Shown here one piece after another: positions 30,501 through 39,625 of a DNA stretch of 41,194 nucleotides. The translations under genes and the position numbers were made by a program. The DNA is from an uncultured Lachnospiraceae bacterium (GTDB lineage Bacteria; Bacillota; Clostridia; Lachnospirales; Lachnospiraceae), in the NCBI GenBank assembly GCA_937916415.1, contig CALGGH010000237.1, positions 1 to 41,194 on the forward strand, in the 5' to 3' direction. The notes beneath the pieces were generated by a model. The model had not been told where the DNA came from. It saw only the letters and a program-made list of their open reading frames with translations, and searched no databases. How positions within the stretch are numbered: the stretch's first letter is position 1; each line of letters starts with the position of its first letter.

Positions 30501-30595
30501 AAGCAGGAGAGAATTACGACAGCTTCTCGGGAGCATCAGAGGATAGCAGCAGCAGCGTCAAATTCATAATCAAGACCGACGGGGTTAAGCTGTGA
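27572..30595 (+). CDS. YhgE/Pip-like X-X-X-Leu-X-X-Gly heptad-repeat lipoprotein
   Basis: LVGC lipobox, KVETVYV, two blocks of L.DG heptads, SVKFIIKTD C-terminus; AAGGAGG RBS. Confidence 0.85.
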   Translation: MKNMKNKRLNRFLAVIMSMVMGSSLVGCGSDPAAQDEPQGDMAETATGTESDEEDQLSALMNRSTGYDPDSSGEDKVETVYVTSDANGATREIIVSDWLKNPEGSATLKDTTNLKDIVNVKGKETYSLDDDGNITWDAEGADIYYQGHSESELPIDVRISYTLDGQPIDPSELAGKSGNVTIRFDYANNSRQKVSVNDKEYDVYTPFAVISGMMLDSDKFANVSVDNGKVISDANNYIVMGLALPGFKDSLNLNDEDLEDIDVDPDDVSIPDHFEISAYTSDFELGMTMTMASSDIVSSLGLSDVSDGEPAEKIKSDMEELNDGSDKLVNGALELENGTAKLKDGAKELNDGTKELYDGSDDLKKGAGELYDGTETLNEGARSLYEGSRELNDGAKTLYDGMGTLYDGTGTLADGVKNYTEGASRINDGAKTLSGGISQVKDGSAALKKGFTDNDIVGSSKQLADGAGQVSAGVDALIAQLGALSSGTDQLAQLNQVAADMGVIYSVMDGVEKGTVPASAFKAGVLSTGADSEEGFNAVLSQYLGTDLDSLTALVGGYAQYKAAYGSLGSARLNLPTIMRDLVREESGAYELPVCGSDGAPVAGGTITEETLTRSSNDETSTETNGGSDERQKPGSVADGTDQNSGSGTDGTDQEPGSDAYGMTQEPGASDGDGDEQAGSQAEAGKETGGYDDDEDHAEDPGADVPDEDPGVTDADDASDGEPDAAAGATEPKVVEKTIVQNLGMSDADKATANGYIGIDEKFQNVKATCGAIYEVLSQMNEMLSPLSSLATPETQAQLSALRSGAAAVASGSTALAGGLAQIGAGIDSLDAGIGKLASGARDLTSGTGTLISNNDKLVSGVNDLRDGAGRLYDGAGALYDGTGKLHDGAGSLYDGSTALHNGAGELYDGTSVLHDGAARLYDGTTQLYDGTVELDAGAVELTDGVIKLDEEGIKKIYEAFDRDLTDYFDRLEAIREAGENYDSFSGASEDSSSSVKFIIKTDGVKL

Positions 30596-30622
30596 TCAGT
30601 CGCTGAACGTAAGTTTTCGCAT

Positions 30623-30676
30623 AAAGAGCATGGGTTCAAATCATACAATGGCTTGGACGCATGCTCTTTTTTTTTT
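30623..30676 (+). terminator. Rho-independent terminator
   Basis: AAGAGCATG...CATGCTCTT followed by a long T run. Confidence 0.7.
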
Positions 30677-30890
30677 GTAAAAAATGACTATGGACTAATT
30701 TGAAAATTTATTTTTTTTAACCCCGTTTTTTATGTCCGGTTTTTGCGAATAATGATAACAAGAGAGCAAGAGGCCCACCCCGGCCGGCTCTCCAGGGGTA
30801 AAAGGAACTGAAGAATGCAAGGATGCAGCTCACGGCACGAATTAGGGAACGGAGCCGTGACGCAAACAAGGAAGTTAACAGGAGGGAAAC

Positions 30891-33800
30891 TTGATGAAAA
30901 GGAAGAGCGTTAGTTTTTTGGCAATGTCACTGGCAGCAGTAATGAGCCTGTCAGATGCAGTAGTGGTAGCAGCGGCTCCCGCTGAGGAGCTGCCCATGTT
31001 GGATGAAGGCGAGTATGACGGTGAACCCGTGGAGAACGACGCGGACGTAGAGAACTACGGATCGGACGAAGGGGAGGATGCTCCGGAGAAGACCGGCACG
31101 GATCAGACGGAAGAGACGGCGAACGTGACTTTCCCCACGGCAGAGGAAATAGCGAAAGGTGCAGTCATAGCTCCGCTTCAGGATCATAAAGAGTCAGAAC
31201 CAAAGACTAAGCTTTATGATGACGGTTCATACCGGGTTACGGCCTCGCCCATCGAGGATGAGCCTGCTTCATATCAGATCAAGGTAATGGCAAGAAATCT
31301 TCAGTATCATGCCAATAATGGCGGAAAGGTTGGCTATTGGGCAGGCATAGGACTTCCGGTTCAAGAGGGATATTCGGTTATTTATCATAACCTGCTTAGC
31401 GATGAAGAAGCAACGGCAGTAAGCACTGAAACGTTTGAAAAAGACGGAGAAAAATATGATGCACTTTATTTTGACGTAAAAGGAAGTGAGCTTATCGGCA
31501 AAAAGGCATATGTTAGCGCAGAGTATTCCAAGGGCGAACAGACAGAAACGCGCGTTTTTGTAATAGATTTCAGTCAGGTGACGATCGTGACCAGTACCCC
31601 GAGCGCTGCCAAAGTAGCAGAAGGCATCAAAAAGGCTGATCCGGTCGATAATGCGGAAGGCGAAGCAAAGAAAACCGGAGAGAACCTGGTAAAGAATTTC
31701 GCTGTGTCGGAAGCGCAGGCTGAAGGCAATGAGATCGACGTCAGCCTGACGGCAGATTATCTGGCATGGCATAAATGCGGTTCTGAATTGGCGGGAAAGG
31801 ATGGTTATGGATTCTGGGCAGGAGTGGCCATTCCGAAGATCGAGGGGATGAACGTCTCCTACAAACAGTCATACAAGGAGATCAATACGGCAGTACAATA
31901 TGATTCCATGCCGGATAACCAGCTTTTTGATGGTGAAAAAGCCACTCATGACACGTTCTATTTCAACGTTAAGGATGCGAGGCTTGTGAATAAAACCGGT
32001 TACGTATACGTTCAGTATTCCGATCCGGATAATGCTTCTGATGTCGTATCATACGTGATCAAGGTTGACCTGTCAGGAGTTGCGTGCAAGGATAATACGC
32101 CTGACCTGAGTACCGTGGTAGAGGGAATTACGGTTGCGCCTCAGGTGGATGCTGACGGCAAGATCACCTCCATTTCTGATAATTATGAAATTAGTGATGC
32201 CATCGTGGATGACGCGGACACCGCCACCATTAAGGTCAGGGCGGAGAACCTGGTCAAGCATTCAAATGGCAATCCTGATCCGGAGGCCAATAAGTATGGG
32301 TACTGGGCAGGAATAGCGATTCCCGTGCAGAATGGCGTTACGACTGAATACTGTCAGTCATACGTAAAGCTTGAAGATCCTTCCAAGGCAGAGTTTGTTG
32401 GTCACGGCGACTCAGTGCTGTATAAGAAGGATGATGAAGGCAAAGACACCGGCGAGAAGACGCACGATACCATCTATTTCAATGCGTTGAACTTCGCAGG
32501 TAAGACCGATCCCGGGTACATATACGTAAGATATATGGACGAGGACGGAACCAGCGTGATAAAAACCTTAAAGGTTGATTTTTCATTGGTTACCTTAAAG
32601 AGTGAAATACCGGCTTCATCAGTGATATCGGATGCAATTGGTGCGGCAATCCTGACTGACGATTCAAAAAACCTGGAGGATGATGAGATCATAAGCGATT
32701 ATGGAATAGACAGCGTTGAGCCTGAAGCTGACGGAAGTGATGCTTATCTTGTGAGGGTCAGCGGACAAAACCTGGCGTATCACAAAAATGCAGATCGTGG
32801 ATATGGATATTGGGCAGGAGTGGCATTCCCGGCTCAGAAGGACGTAAAGACCGAGTACTTCGTTTCTGCCAAGGCAATGACGGAATCAGAGCTGGAAAAG
32901 GCAGATTTTGATGAAGCTGAACCTGCCACCGAGAATGGCCGGATGGATAATTTCTATTTTGACCTGACGGACGAAGCGACAGCTGACAAACCTGAATACA
33001 TATACGTGAGATATTCGTCTCAGCTGGATGAACGCGAGAACGTGACCTATGCATATAAGATCGATCTTTCGGGCGTAAGCATTGCCAAGATGGTGACCGG
33101 CCTGAAGGTAGACAGGGACAGGGTATCAATGCCGGCTCCGGGAGAAGAACAGACCACGGCTACGGTAAACATCATCGCAGATCCTGAGAATGCCAAGGTA
33201 AAATATTACGTACAGTCCAGCAACAAGGATGTGGCCAACGCTAAGGTTGAAGGAGACATCGTGAACATTACGGCATCAAACAAGGGTACCACGGACATAA
33301 CGATTACCGAATTGATCAGCGGAAAAACTGCCAGGATGACGGCGATAGTAGGCGGTGAATATAAGCAGGTGGCCGGGATCAGCATTAACCAGGCAACTCT
33401 TGAACTAGGAGCAGGCAAGACCGGGAACTTAAGTTATGAGCCCACATCCGATGATTACACTGACACTGAGTTTGTATGGGAATCGAGTGATGTTCAGGTT
33501 GCAAGCGTAGACCGGTTTGGCGTGGTTACTGCCCACGGCGCGGGCACGGCAGACATAATCATTAAGGCCATGCATGACGGAGACGTAGTAGTTGATGAGG
33601 ATGGAAAGGAAATCGCAGCTAAGTGCCAGCTGACCGTCAGGCCTTATGCATCTGAAATAGTAGTCAATCACAACGGACTCATCCTGGATGCTCCGCTCTC
33701 CGTTAAGGGCGAAATAACAGGTGAGGAGATGAAGCTTACCGCAAAGGTTTTGGAAGACAACGCGCTTTGCGGAGATGTAACCTGGTCAGTGTCTGACGAA

Positions 33801-35567
33801 AGCATTGCAAAGATCGACAAGACCACGGGACCTGAGATCACCGTCACTGCACTTAAGGCCGGACAGGCCACCATCACCGCTACGGTGAACAATCTTGATG
33901 ACATGGGCTCTGTTACGAAGGAAATCATCGTAAAAGTGATTGACATGATAAACAGCTATGACATAGGTAACTACGAGCAGGATGAAGTATGGTTTGGAAA
34001 TCTGAGCGATGCCACGTACACCGGGTCAAAGCTTACGCCGGCGTTTGACGTATACTATGACACAATGCTTCTCATCCCGAACGTTGATTATACGGTTACA
34101 TATAAGAACAACATAAATGCATATAAGGTTGATGGCACGAAGTATGGTCCTAACTCCGACTCTAAGGAGCTTGATCCCAAGGCACCTACGGCCACCGTTA
34201 AGCTTAAGGGCAATTACAATGGCAGCAAATCCGTGAATTTCGACATAGCTCCCCTGAACCTGAGCGAAGTTAGCGTAAACAACGTGTCAGCACTGACCAA
34301 GCAGAAGAAGGGAGAAAACGTTGAGCAGAAACTGAAACCATCAGTAACCTACAATGGAAAGACGCTCAAGCTTGACAAGGATTATTCGATAAATTATTTC
34401 GAGACTGCTGCAAACGCATACAAGGATGCAGGCAACTGGAACGTTATGATCGAAGGCACTAAGGACGGAAACTTTACCGGCAGCAAGGCAGCACAGGTTT
34501 GTCTGGTAGACAAGAAGGCAGCAACAAACATTGCGAAGCAGTCAGTTTCACTTGAGCAGAAATCAGTTGCCTACACAGGCAAGCCGATTGAGGTAAAAGT
34601 GAAGGCAGGGGACCTGATCGAGGGTACTGATTATACCGTGACTTATGCCAACAACGTAAATGTGGGCACGGCAACCGTGACGATAACCGGAGCAGGAAAA
34701 GTAACTGATGCAAATGGCAAGGAACATGAGACTTATGGAACGAAAAAGCTTACCTTTAAGATAACGAACAATCCCATAAGCCTGAAGTCAGCAGACATCA
34801 TGGCATCAATAGAAGGCAATGACGTCAGGCTCATGAACGGCAAAAGCCTTGATGACAAGCCGGTTCTGACATATGCAAAGGGCGGAGTAAAGCCTCAGAC
34901 CGTGGTTTATGATGAGGATGGCAATTCCCTGACAAGCTCTGACGTGTCCATATCCAACAAGGTTAACCTCAAGAAGAAGGTAGGCACGATCACCATTAAG
35001 GGCAAGGGCAATTACTACAAGGATTCAGTGACCGTTGAGTATACGATAGGGGAACGGTCGCTCGCAGACCTGACCGTGGTAGCAGATGACTTTACGTATT
35101 CGGATAAGGCTAATGCTTACCAGAAGAACAAGATCACCGTATACGACATTGACGGTAAGGTACTCAAGGAAAAGAAGGACTATGTCATTAAGTGGGGCGA
35201 CAATAAATCCGTTCCTTCAGCGGGAGAAACCGTAAACGCCAGCATAGTTGCAGTCGAGAATGGATTCTATAAGGATTCGCAGCCGGTATCCTTCAAGATT
35301 GTCAGCAAGTCGGCGACTAAGATGAATTCCCTCAAGGGAATGATCGCAGATCAGGAGTATAAGGGATCTGAAATCACGCTTACAAACGGAGATATTGAAC
35401 TGCACACCAAGGACGGACAGAAGGTTATTGCAAGTGATTACGAGATTGAGGGATATGTTAACAACGTTAATACCGGCAAGGCAACGGCAATCATCAGGGG
35501 AACCGGTACAAACTATAGCGGGATCAAACTCATTACCTTCAATATTGTTCAGCGTGAGGTAAAATGA
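30891..35567 (+). CDS. Giant secreted/surface protein: four GYWAG repeats, Big_2 Ig-like domains, C-terminal YTG/NN.N.G repeats
   Basis: Signal peptide; WESSDVQVASVD-type Big_2 motifs; DYTVTY.NN.N.G.ATVTI repeats. Confidence 0.88.
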   Translation: MMKRKSVSFLAMSLAAVMSLSDAVVVAAAPAEELPMLDEGEYDGEPVENDADVENYGSDEGEDAPEKTGTDQTEETANVTFPTAEEIAKGAVIAPLQDHKESEPKTKLYDDGSYRVTASPIEDEPASYQIKVMARNLQYHANNGGKVGYWAGIGLPVQEGYSVIYHNLLSDEEATAVSTETFEKDGEKYDALYFDVKGSELIGKKAYVSAEYSKGEQTETRVFVIDFSQVTIVTSTPSAAKVAEGIKKADPVDNAEGEAKKTGENLVKNFAVSEAQAEGNEIDVSLTADYLAWHKCGSELAGKDGYGFWAGVAIPKIEGMNVSYKQSYKEINTAVQYDSMPDNQLFDGEKATHDTFYFNVKDARLVNKTGYVYVQYSDPDNASDVVSYVIKVDLSGVACKDNTPDLSTVVEGITVAPQVDADGKITSISDNYEISDAIVDDADTATIKVRAENLVKHSNGNPDPEANKYGYWAGIAIPVQNGVTTEYCQSYVKLEDPSKAEFVGHGDSVLYKKDDEGKDTGEKTHDTIYFNALNFAGKTDPGYIYVRYMDEDGTSVIKTLKVDFSLVTLKSEIPASSVISDAIGAAILTDDSKNLEDDEIISDYGIDSVEPEADGSDAYLVRVSGQNLAYHKNADRGYGYWAGVAFPAQKDVKTEYFVSAKAMTESELEKADFDEAEPATENGRMDNFYFDLTDEATADKPEYIYVRYSSQLDERENVTYAYKIDLSGVSIAKMVTGLKVDRDRVSMPAPGEEQTTATVNIIADPENAKVKYYVQSSNKDVANAKVEGDIVNITASNKGTTDITITELISGKTARMTAIVGGEYKQVAGISINQATLELGAGKTGNLSYEPTSDDYTDTEFVWESSDVQVASVDRFGVVTAHGAGTADIIIKAMHDGDVVVDEDGKEIAAKCQLTVRPYASEIVVNHNGLILDAPLSVKGEITGEEMKLTAKVLEDNALCGDVTWSVSDESIAKIDKTTGPEITVTALKAGQATITATVNNLDDMGSVTKEIIVKVIDMINSYDIGNYEQDEVWFGNLSDATYTGSKLTPAFDVYYDTMLLIPNVDYTVTYKNNINAYKVDGTKYGPNSDSKELDPKAPTATVKLKGNYNGSKSVNFDIAPLNLSEVSVNNVSALTKQKKGENVEQKLKPSVTYNGKTLKLDKDYSINYFETAANAYKDAGNWNVMIEGTKDGNFTGSKAAQVCLVDKKAATNIAKQSVSLEQKSVAYTGKPIEVKVKAGDLIEGTDYTVTYANNVNVGTATVTITGAGKVTDANGKEHETYGTKKLTFKITNNPISLKSADIMASIEGNDVRLMNGKSLDDKPVLTYAKGGVKPQTVVYDEDGNSLTSSDVSISNKVNLKKKVGTITIKGKGNYYKDSVTVEYTIGERSLADLTVVADDFTYSDKANAYQKNKITVYDIDGKVLKEKKDYVIKWGDNKSVPSAGETVNASIVAVENGFYKDSQPVSFKIVSKSATKMNSLKGMIADQEYKGSEITLTNGDIELHTKDGQKVIASDYEIEGYVNNVNTGKATAIIRGTGTNYSGIKLITFNIVQREVK

Positions 35568-35624
35568 GATAGAAATGAACCAAATGATGATAAAATCCTA
35601 TACCCCCAAAATTACCTAAGGAGG

Positions 35625-35660
35625 TGGGGTGGTTCGGCATAAGCCGGGCCGCCCCATTTC
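35625..35660 (+). terminator. Hairpin terminator
   Basis: TGGGGTGGTTCGGC-ataa-GCCGGGCCGCCCCA followed by TTT. Confidence 0.6.
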
Positions 35661-35674
35661 TAACTTTATAAATT

Positions 35675-35798
35675 CATGGTAAGTGGCCGTAGAAATACAT
35701 CCATGTATGAAGCCTGGAAGTACGTCCATGTACTTCCAACCAGGCTTTACATACATCCATCCGTGTATTTCTGTACACGGCCTGTCCCATCCATGGTA
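35675..35798. repeat. Nested palindromic REP/MITE-like element with recurring TCCAT loops
   Basis: Nested stems GGCCGT/ACGGCC, AGAAATAC/GTATTTCT, AAGCCTGG/CCAGGCTT and AAGTAC/GTACTT; flanked by CATGGTA direct repeats. Confidence 0.7.
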
Positions 35799-35842
35799 CA
35801 ATGTTATAGGTGATTTTTAAATGTGAGATCATAGGGGAACGC

Positions 35843-38800
35843 ATGAAAAAGAAATCTTTAAGAATGAGGACCATCGTTCTGTTCATGATCCTGGCGCTGC
35901 TGGTGCCGGGGGCTGCATTGGCGGCCGCGGACGATGCTGATCCCGGGGAAGAGTCCGAACCCGGCAACGGGATCCAGGCTGAGGTCAGTACGATTGAATT
36001 GTCGCCGGCTGATTCGTCTGAATCACGAAGGCTCGTACAAAAGGAAGGCGGAGATTTCACTCTGAACCTGGTAGCCGTGGCAAAGGATGAAAACGGAGAT
36101 CCGGTAGAGGGCAAGACCATTAACTGGTCCGTGACCGAAGTCAATGATGAGGCGACCGATGCCGATGATCACGTAGCGATTCTGTCGGGCGTCACGTCAC
36201 AGACTGACGATGCCGGCACTGCGGCCATGAGCGTCAGGATACTGGATGATCACGTGGGCACGGCCGAGATAAGGGCTGCTGATCCTGACGTTCCGGGCGT
36301 ATGTGCGTCCATCCGTTTTGAAGTATATGCTGTCGCAGAGGATGAAGAGGTCTCATTTGAACTGGATAACAAGGACGTGACGGATCAGACGTCCTATCCC
36401 TGGCTGATCACGCTTCCCAAGGAATCTGAATATAAGGTAAGCCGAACCGTTCCCGAAGGACAGGATGCCATATCCGTGGATGAGGATGGAACGGTACTGA
36501 TCAAAAAGGCTACGACGGAACCGGTTCTGATGACCGATGCGATCACTGACGGGGACGGCAGGCCCATCGACTTAAGCCTTGTGGGAAAGGGAACGGTTAG
36601 CGCATGCCGCCTTTTGTCCGTTTCTTATAGGTTTACCGGAATAACAATTGAATCAGGGACGGAGGTTTTTTACGCGGGTCATGGCGGATACGTCCTGACT
36701 CTTGGCACCATTTTGGCTGATTATGAGCTGAGCGGGGAGCAAACGGCCACGATCCGCTGGTCCAGCAGCGATCCTGACATGGTCAGCGTGTCCGGAGACG
36801 GGAGCGTAAACGCAGGTCTTCAGCTGCTTAAGCCAGGCAGCGTGGTGATCACGGCGACGATAACGGTCGGCAGTTCTGAGTATTCCGCGGAGTATTCCAT
36901 GGAAGTCATTGAGACCGCGTCACGACTGGCGATCATGGATGATGAGGAAAATGAACTGTCTTCGCTTAGGCTTTCGCTTGGAGCCAGGGCGAGGCTGGTG
37001 CCGGCCGCCTATGATTCCGAGGACGTGCAGATAGACGAAAAAAGTACGATCCCCGTGGATTTCATCTGGACGTCCGGCGACGAGTCCAAGCTAAAGATCA
37101 GTTCGGACGGCATGATCACGACCATTGATGAGGGCGACGTGACCGTCACGCTGTTTGATCCATACGGTGAAAAGAGCATGACGCTACCCGTGACCGTAGT
37201 TTGGGAGGTTACGGGACTCATCCCCGACATGTCGAGCATCACGATGAACGAGGATGCCAAGGTTTCCATGAAAGTGTCGATCCTGCCCTATAACATCATT
37301 CCCGAAAAATACGCGCTGACGACGTCGTCTGATGATCCTTCGATAGTGGAGGCAACGATGTCGGGCAACGTGCTGTCGTTTACCTCGCATGCGGGCGGTA
37401 AGGCGCAAGTCACGGTGACGGATGCGGCCAGCGGGCTTAGCTGCGCTGTAAGCGTGAACGTGGGCGGATCCTACGTCAGGGTGAGCAGCTTAAGGCCCGT
37501 GGAGGATGCCGTCAGCATATACGTGGGAGACTCCAAATATCTGAGATTCACGGCTGCTCCGGCCAATTATACCGATACCGGATTTGAGTGGAAGTCCATG
37601 AATCCCGAGGTTGCTTCCGTGGATCCCGTAAGCGGCGAGATAGATGGCATCAGCAAGGGAAATGCCATAGTCACGCTGAGCGCGGTGCATGACGGGACGA
37701 CGGTCAGTACGGCGACCTATTCCGTGCTGGTGCGTGAGCGCGCCCACGTGGATTACGTGAACGTCATTCCGGGTGATGCGGTCATCACGGCTCCCGTGAC
37801 CGATGGCAATGGCAACAGGATATCCGCCGGCGAGACGCTGCAGCTGATGGCGGTTACCTATCCGGGAAACGCCCTGGGCAGTAAGATAAAGTGGAGCAGC
37901 AGCAACGTCAGCGTGGCCACGGTCGATCCCGTGACGGGATTCGTGGAAGCCAAGTCCGGGGGCACCGCGGTGATAACCGCTCAGGCTGCCCGGGTGGATG
38001 AGAACACTCCGGGCGCAAGCAGGTCAGTCACCATAACCGTCAGGTCTGACGTTGATCCTGCGGATGCCGATACCGGCAGGTACGACTCCGACGGCATCTG
38101 GATCGGACGGGTGGAGGATCAGTACTATACCGGAGCCAGGCTTACCCCCAGGCCAAACGTGTATTACGGCCCGATCCTTTTGGAGCCGGACAGGGACTAT
38201 GGCTTTGCCTACAAATATAACGTAAACGTGAGCGCCGCGGAGCCGGTCGTGACCGTAAAGCTAAAAGGCAATTATTCAGGCACTGCCACGCAGGGATTTA
38301 AGATTCGCCCGGCTGACGTGTCGCAAGCCACGGTAGGGTCAACGACTGTCTTCGTCAAAACCAAGGGCGGCGTGCCCGTGGAGCAGCTGCTGAAACCCGT
38401 GGTCACCCATGCCGGCAAAAAGCTTAAGGCCGGTGTTGACTACGAGGTCGAATACACCGAAAGCGCGGACAACTCAAGTGCTTATGCCCTGCCGGGCAAA
38501 TGGGGAATGACCATCCTTGGGATCGGTAATTATACGGGTGAGATAAATACGTATGAATACGTGGTCGACAAGACCGAGGCCGTAAGCGTTACCAAACTAA
38601 AGGCTGCTCTTGAGTACGCGTCGCATCCGTACTCCGGAGAAATGCTGATGCCGAAGGTGACAATTGAAGGACTGACTGAGGGAGAGGATTACGAGGTCTC
38701 ATATGCGTCCAACATGGCCCCCGGAACAGCCACGGTACTGGTGAAGGGGATCGGAATGAGTCATTATGGCACCAGGAAGCTTACCTTTAAGATACTGCCC

Positions 38801-39625
38801 AATCCCGAAAGCCTGACGCAGTGCGACCTTCTGACGGACGTTGACGGCAGGGCGGTTGCCGTTTCTAAAGGCAGGGGAAGCATCGACCTGGAATACGTCA
38901 AGGGCGGGATCACGCCCGTGATCAGCGTGTACAGGGACGGAGAGAAGCTGGGCAAAGATGACTGCAGCACGTCCGTTAAGATCAACCTGAAGACGATGAC
39001 GGGCGCCATCACGATAAAAGGCAAAGGCAAATATTATAAGGACTCGGCCGTGATCGACGTGAACGTCACCAAGCAGGACGTCAGAAACCTGCTTCCCGTG
39101 GTTGATGACTTCGCGTACTCGGCCAAGCAAAACGCTTATCAAAAGAACTCCGTCGCCATTTATGACAAAAACGGCAAGGCACTAAAGTCAGGCCTGGATT
39201 ACCGCATCGTTGCAGGCAGCTGGGAGGCAGAGAGCGACGTGCCGGCCATAGGCAGCCTGGTGACGGTTTACGTTGAGGGAGAAGGCTTCTATGACGGCAG
39301 GATGCAGCTTTCGTTCAGGGTGGTGGATCCTAAGGCCGGGATAGGATCGGCCAAAGTCTTTTTCATGGATGACGGGATCGAGCTTCCTCAGGCCAGGTAT
39401 GCCGTCAGGTATGCAGGAAAGCCCGTCTGCATTTCAAATGATGTGATCGTATTGAAAAACGAGGTCAGGAACGGACGCAGCATGGTGCAGGTAACCATAC
39501 CTTCGTCCGACTACCAGGTGATCGGTTATCTCAATAATCTTAAGCCCGGAACCGCCACGGTGATCGTCAGGGGCAGGGGAGACTACGCCGGCATCAGGAA
39601 AGTGACGTACAAGATAAAAAAATAA
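35843..39625 (+). CDS. Large surface protein with multiple Big_2 Ig-like domains and C-terminal repeats
   Basis: Signal peptide; WSSSDP, WTSGD, WKSMNP and WSSSNV Big_2 motifs; C-terminus paralogous to 30891-35567. Confidence 0.88.
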   Translation: MKKKSLRMRTIVLFMILALLVPGAALAAADDADPGEESEPGNGIQAEVSTIELSPADSSESRRLVQKEGGDFTLNLVAVAKDENGDPVEGKTINWSVTEVNDEATDADDHVAILSGVTSQTDDAGTAAMSVRILDDHVGTAEIRAADPDVPGVCASIRFEVYAVAEDEEVSFELDNKDVTDQTSYPWLITLPKESEYKVSRTVPEGQDAISVDEDGTVLIKKATTEPVLMTDAITDGDGRPIDLSLVGKGTVSACRLLSVSYRFTGITIESGTEVFYAGHGGYVLTLGTILADYELSGEQTATIRWSSSDPDMVSVSGDGSVNAGLQLLKPGSVVITATITVGSSEYSAEYSMEVIETASRLAIMDDEENELSSLRLSLGARARLVPAAYDSEDVQIDEKSTIPVDFIWTSGDESKLKISSDGMITTIDEGDVTVTLFDPYGEKSMTLPVTVVWEVTGLIPDMSSITMNEDAKVSMKVSILPYNIIPEKYALTTSSDDPSIVEATMSGNVLSFTSHAGGKAQVTVTDAASGLSCAVSVNVGGSYVRVSSLRPVEDAVSIYVGDSKYLRFTAAPANYTDTGFEWKSMNPEVASVDPVSGEIDGISKGNAIVTLSAVHDGTTVSTATYSVLVRERAHVDYVNVIPGDAVITAPVTDGNGNRISAGETLQLMAVTYPGNALGSKIKWSSSNVSVATVDPVTGFVEAKSGGTAVITAQAARVDENTPGASRSVTITVRSDVDPADADTGRYDSDGIWIGRVEDQYYTGARLTPRPNVYYGPILLEPDRDYGFAYKYNVNVSAAEPVVTVKLKGNYSGTATQGFKIRPADVSQATVGSTTVFVKTKGGVPVEQLLKPVVTHAGKKLKAGVDYEVEYTESADNSSAYALPGKWGMTILGIGNYTGEINTYEYVVDKTEAVSVTKLKAALEYASHPYSGEMLMPKVTIEGLTEGEDYEVSYASNMAPGTATVLVKGIGMSHYGTRKLTFKILPNPESLTQCDLLTDVDGRAVAVSKGRGSIDLEYVKGGITPVISVYRDGEKLGKDDCSTSVKINLKTMTGAITIKGKGKYYKDSAVIDVNVTKQDVRNLLPVVDDFAYSAKQNAYQKNSVAIYDKNGKALKSGLDYRIVAGSWEAESDVPAIGSLVTVYVEGEGFYDGRMQLSFRVVDPKAGIGSAKVFFMDDGIELPQARYAVRYAGKPVCISNDVIVLKNEVRNGRSMVQVTIPSSDYQVIGYLNNLKPGTATVIVRGRGDYAGIRKVTYKIKK

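Noticed and set aside
30760..30880. Riboswitch in the leader of the giant surface protein gene
   Set aside because: Only short stems (TCACGGC/GCCGTGA); no recognisable c-di-GMP, SAM, TPP or T-box consensus and no terminator.
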